The position numbers and the translations under genes were made by a program. The notes under the pieces are model-generated. The model did no database searches. It saw only the letters and a list, made by a program, of their open reading frames with translations, and was not told where the DNA came from. Below, in pieces: positions 35,071 through 38,272 of a DNA stretch of 38,272 nt. The stretch comes from Chiloscyllium plagiosum (lineage: Eukaryota), in assembly GCF_004010195.1 (NCBI RefSeq), contig NW_025215076.1, positions 24,076-62,347 on the forward strand. Reading direction: 5' to 3'. The number at the start of each line of letters is the position of its first letter. Positions within the stretch are counted from its first letter, which is position 1.

Positions 35071-35712
35071 GAATATGTCAGGTATTTTGTATCAACGTGG
35101 TGGCTCAGTTAGTTGACATTAATCTGACACAGGGAAAGCTAACAGGTCATGTTCTTCTAGTTCTTTTAAGTCATTAAAGCGTTCTAAAATTTTCAATGTT
35201 TCTTCTTTTTAACAACAGTGGTCATTCAACATTATGAGTATTTGTAGGCCAATCATTGAATGCCTAACCTGATGTGAATTGGCCTGGAGTTAGTGGGCAT
35301 ACAGTGTGTAAAACAAAGATAGAAACATTGAAATGCTTCTTTCATTGATGAGTCAGTGCATTGCACTCATGCTTAGAAAGACAAATTAACAGCTGACCAC
35401 AACAACTCGCTGGTCCCATTTGTCTCTGAACATATTTGACATAAAACAACGTCATTTAAAGACACCCCACTCTTTTCTCACTTTTATCCCCTGATAGCAC
35501 TGACTCAACAATGACAACTTGTAATTGAAGAATGCCTTTAAAGCAATAAAAATGTCCTGAGACCCTTCACTGAATTTTGATGTCAAGCCACGTAAGGTGA
35601 TATGAAGAATGTGGAGTCATGAGTATAGATTTAAAATAGTAAATCTCACCAATTGTCTACAAGTCGAGGGGAGAGTAAAATTATCATCAATCCCCCTCTG
35701 TAGAATTTTTTT

Positions 35713-35922
35713 GAAGTCACAAGACGCCAGGCTATTGCCCAACAGGTTTATGTGAAATCACAAGCTTTCAGAGCGCTGCTCATTTGTCAGGTGAAATAAA
35801 AGACTTTGCTTAATGAAGGAGCAGCGCTCCAAAAGTTTGCAATTTCAAATAAACCTGTTAGACTATGACCTGGTGTCATCTGACTTAGTCCACCCCATCC
35901 AACATCGGCACCTCCACATCAA
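35713..35922. mobile_element. Palindromic pLTR-type element (same family as 21580-21750)
   Basis: Inverted arms caacaggtttatgtgaaat and atttcaaataaacctgtt, with central degenerate hammerhead-like stems (ggagc-agc-gctcc). Confidence 0.7.
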
Positions 35923-36644
35923 GGAATTTTATTTAATCAACTTGTCCAGAGACATTTTTACACATCTCTAGAGCAGATGAGACTTGAACCTGGGCTTCTG
36001 GTTTTGAAGGTAAACACACTAACACTAGTTACAACAGCATCCACCACCTCTTTGTAGTCTGACTCTAAGGAGCTGTGTGATTATCAGTTGTAAACGACAC
36101 ATCATTACAGAGCCTTAACAAGGTGAAGTATATGTCATACATAACAAGGTATAGTCTTGCATGCTACGAATACATACAATTAATAGTTACTAGATAGGAA
36201 GAGGTACAACTATTAGGAGCCATGTATTTCATGTCTGCCTCCACTGGGATATTGTGTAAGACCCACTGATTCTTTATCGAAAAACTGTGTGACATCACCT
36301 GGTTGGATGCAATGAATACAGCTTCAATATTAACTCTTTCAGAACCACTGCCTTGTACAATACATTAGATTGGACTCCTTAGCTGACTTAAAAGGACGGT
36401 GTATTTCAGAAACGTTACTGAACGAGAGACACTAAGTGAAAGTACAAAACATTGAAGTAAACAATACAAATTGGTAAAGCTATTTTGAAAGAGTGATTAG
36501 ATTTTAGTGTAGTTAAGAGGAAATCTGGATTATTTTCATTGCCAACTGAACTCAATTCAATTTAGACATTTTTAACCATAATGTGCGAGGTAATCAATAC
36601 CTTACAACTACACCATTGCAAATAAAACACAGAAAAAGAACCAA

Positions 36645-36793
36645 AGTGATATCACCCACCACAACAGACACATAAATAGCAAGCAGGACAGAACACCAGT
36701 GCTTCATCTGAGGCTCAATGATGATGTTACCTAGCATGGTAACAAAACTTCTGAGAACAAATCTACCAGCTCAGCGAGCAAACTTACAACCTA
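36645..36793 (+). mobile_element. Penelope-like pLTR fragment with a degenerate hammerhead motif
   Basis: atgatga-t-gttacc-tagcat-ggtaac-aaaac followed by ccagctcagcgagcaaac. It is related to the 16789-17207 and 23627-23699 inserts. Confidence 0.6.
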
Positions 36794-37888
36794 ATAAATC
36801 GCCATCTGATATCTTAATGCCAGCACTTCTTTGTACTACATATGTGGGGTGGCGCGAATGAGTTTCCATGTTAATTAAAGAGACTGTCTATTGTTGGAAA
36901 GAGACCTACAGAAATCAATGCCTTGCATTTACCTAGCACCTTTAAGGTAGTAAAAGTCCCAGAGCTCTTCACACAGCAGGATAAGCCAAAGTAACACCAA
37001 GCTAAACAAGGAGATGCTTAGAGGGATGACACAAAACTTCAGTCAAGCAAATAGATTTGAAGAAACATCTTGAAGAAGGAAAGGGAAACAGACAGGTAGT
37101 CGGGGTCAAAGACTGCTAGTTTACATGGGCTTTCTTTGAAATGCTACAGTGAGAATCTACTGCTCACTCAGGACAATGCAAAATTTCCGATGGTGGTATT
37201 GAGAGATGTGTTCATTGCCAATACCCGCTCCTTAATCAACAACAACAAAGTGGCTCATTTTTCATGTAGCTTACAAGCTATTTATGGATGCTTGTTGTGT
37301 ATAAATTGCTTGTTGCATTTTTTTTTCAAAATTACAGCAACTGTGCTTCCAAAGCTTCTGATAATTTATATTTGGAATGTCTTGAGGGCATGGAGAGGTA
37401 CTACATAAATGCAAGCTCTTCCACAGATTTACATTTTCAACATTCTCAAAGCTTTTTGGCTGCTTTGCATAAATCTTCGACCATAAGCTACTAGAGCAGA
37501 ATGAGGCCCTTCAGTCCATTGATTCTGTTCTACCATTTGATCATAACTGACAAGTTCTGAGCACCCATTCTCTTGCCTCCTCCTTGTAACATTTGATTTC
37601 CTCACTGATCAAAAAATTATCTATCTCTGTCTTAAAGACACTCAAAGATGTAGCCTCCACAACTTTCGGTCGCAATACGTTCCACAGTTTCACTACCCTC
37701 TGGCTGAAGAAATTCCTTCTCACCTCAGTTCTATGAATCGTCCCTTCACTCTGAGTCTCTGCTCTCGGGTCCTAGTCCCTTCATCTAGTGGAGACATCTT
37801 CTCCACATCCACTCTATCCAGACCTCATAGTATTCTGAAAGTTTCAATGAGATCCCCTTCAAACCTTTTGTACTCCAATGGCCACCAT

Positions 37889-38217
37889 GGGCGGCACGGT
37901 AGCACAGTGGTTAGCACCGCTGCCTCACAGCACCAGAGACCCGAGTTCAATTCCCGCCTCAGGCGACTGACTGCGTGGAGTTTGCACGTTCTCCCCGTGA
38001 ATGCGTGGGTTTCCTCCGGGTGCTCCGGTTTCCTCCCACAGTCCAAAGATGTGCAGGTCAGGTGAATTGGCCATGCTAAATTGCCCGTAGTGTTAGGTAA
38101 GGGGTAAATGTAGGAGTATGGGTCTAGGTGGTATACGCTTCGGCGGGTCGGTGTGGACTTGTTGGGCCGAAGGGCCTGTTTCCACACTGTAAGTAATCTA
38201 ATCTAATCTAAAAAAAA
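37889..38217 (+). mobile_element. Full-length HE1-type V-SINE inserted in a minus-strand CR1 remnant (about 37490-38272)
   Basis: A box TAGCACAGTGG, B box GAGTTCAATTCC, CpG-rich V-domain, LINE-derived tail, (aatct)n plus poly(A). The host sequence tactccaatg|agtacagacccag resumes after it. Confidence 0.95.
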
Positions 38218-38272
38218 GTACAGACCCAGAGTCCCCAACTACACCTCAAATGACAAGCCCTTCAATCTTGTG

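Noticed and set aside
37889..37965. tRNA gene-like A and B boxes
   Set aside because: This is the head of an HE1-type SINE and is followed by the V-domain and LINE tail.
4859..38272. A canonical VIP exon (HSDAVFTDNYSR...) or further peptide exons
   Set aside because: I found none by eye. A six-frame HMM search (Pfam Hormone_2) would be needed to exclude it fully.

Overview
Repeat-rich vertebrate genomic DNA, most likely from a shark or other cartilaginous fish (inferred from HE1-type V-SINEs with CR1/HER1-like LINEs). The only host gene I can support is absent from the ORF track because its exons are short. It is a + strand, spliced VIP/PHI-type prohormone gene with four phase-2 coding exons: 1280-1420, 2196-2294, 4733-4858 and 8755-8833. 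A non-coding last exon may start at 12875, and the signal-peptide exon appears to lie upstream of the window. The gene has VIP exon architecture but unusual peptides. The first is an amidatable 27-mer, [27 protein letters not shown](GKR). The second is a strongly diverged peptide in the VIP position, HSDAVFTHMYTTLLQEKAAKEFLERIANGQTS..., which has lost the GKR cleavage/amidation signal. The rest of the window is decayed CR1, L2 and Rex1 LINEs, several SINE families, Penelope-like elements with hammerhead ribozyme motifs and target-site duplications (TSDs), possible LTR remnants, and an 803-bp tandem duplication. All comparisons with known peptides and repeat families are from memory; no database search was run.
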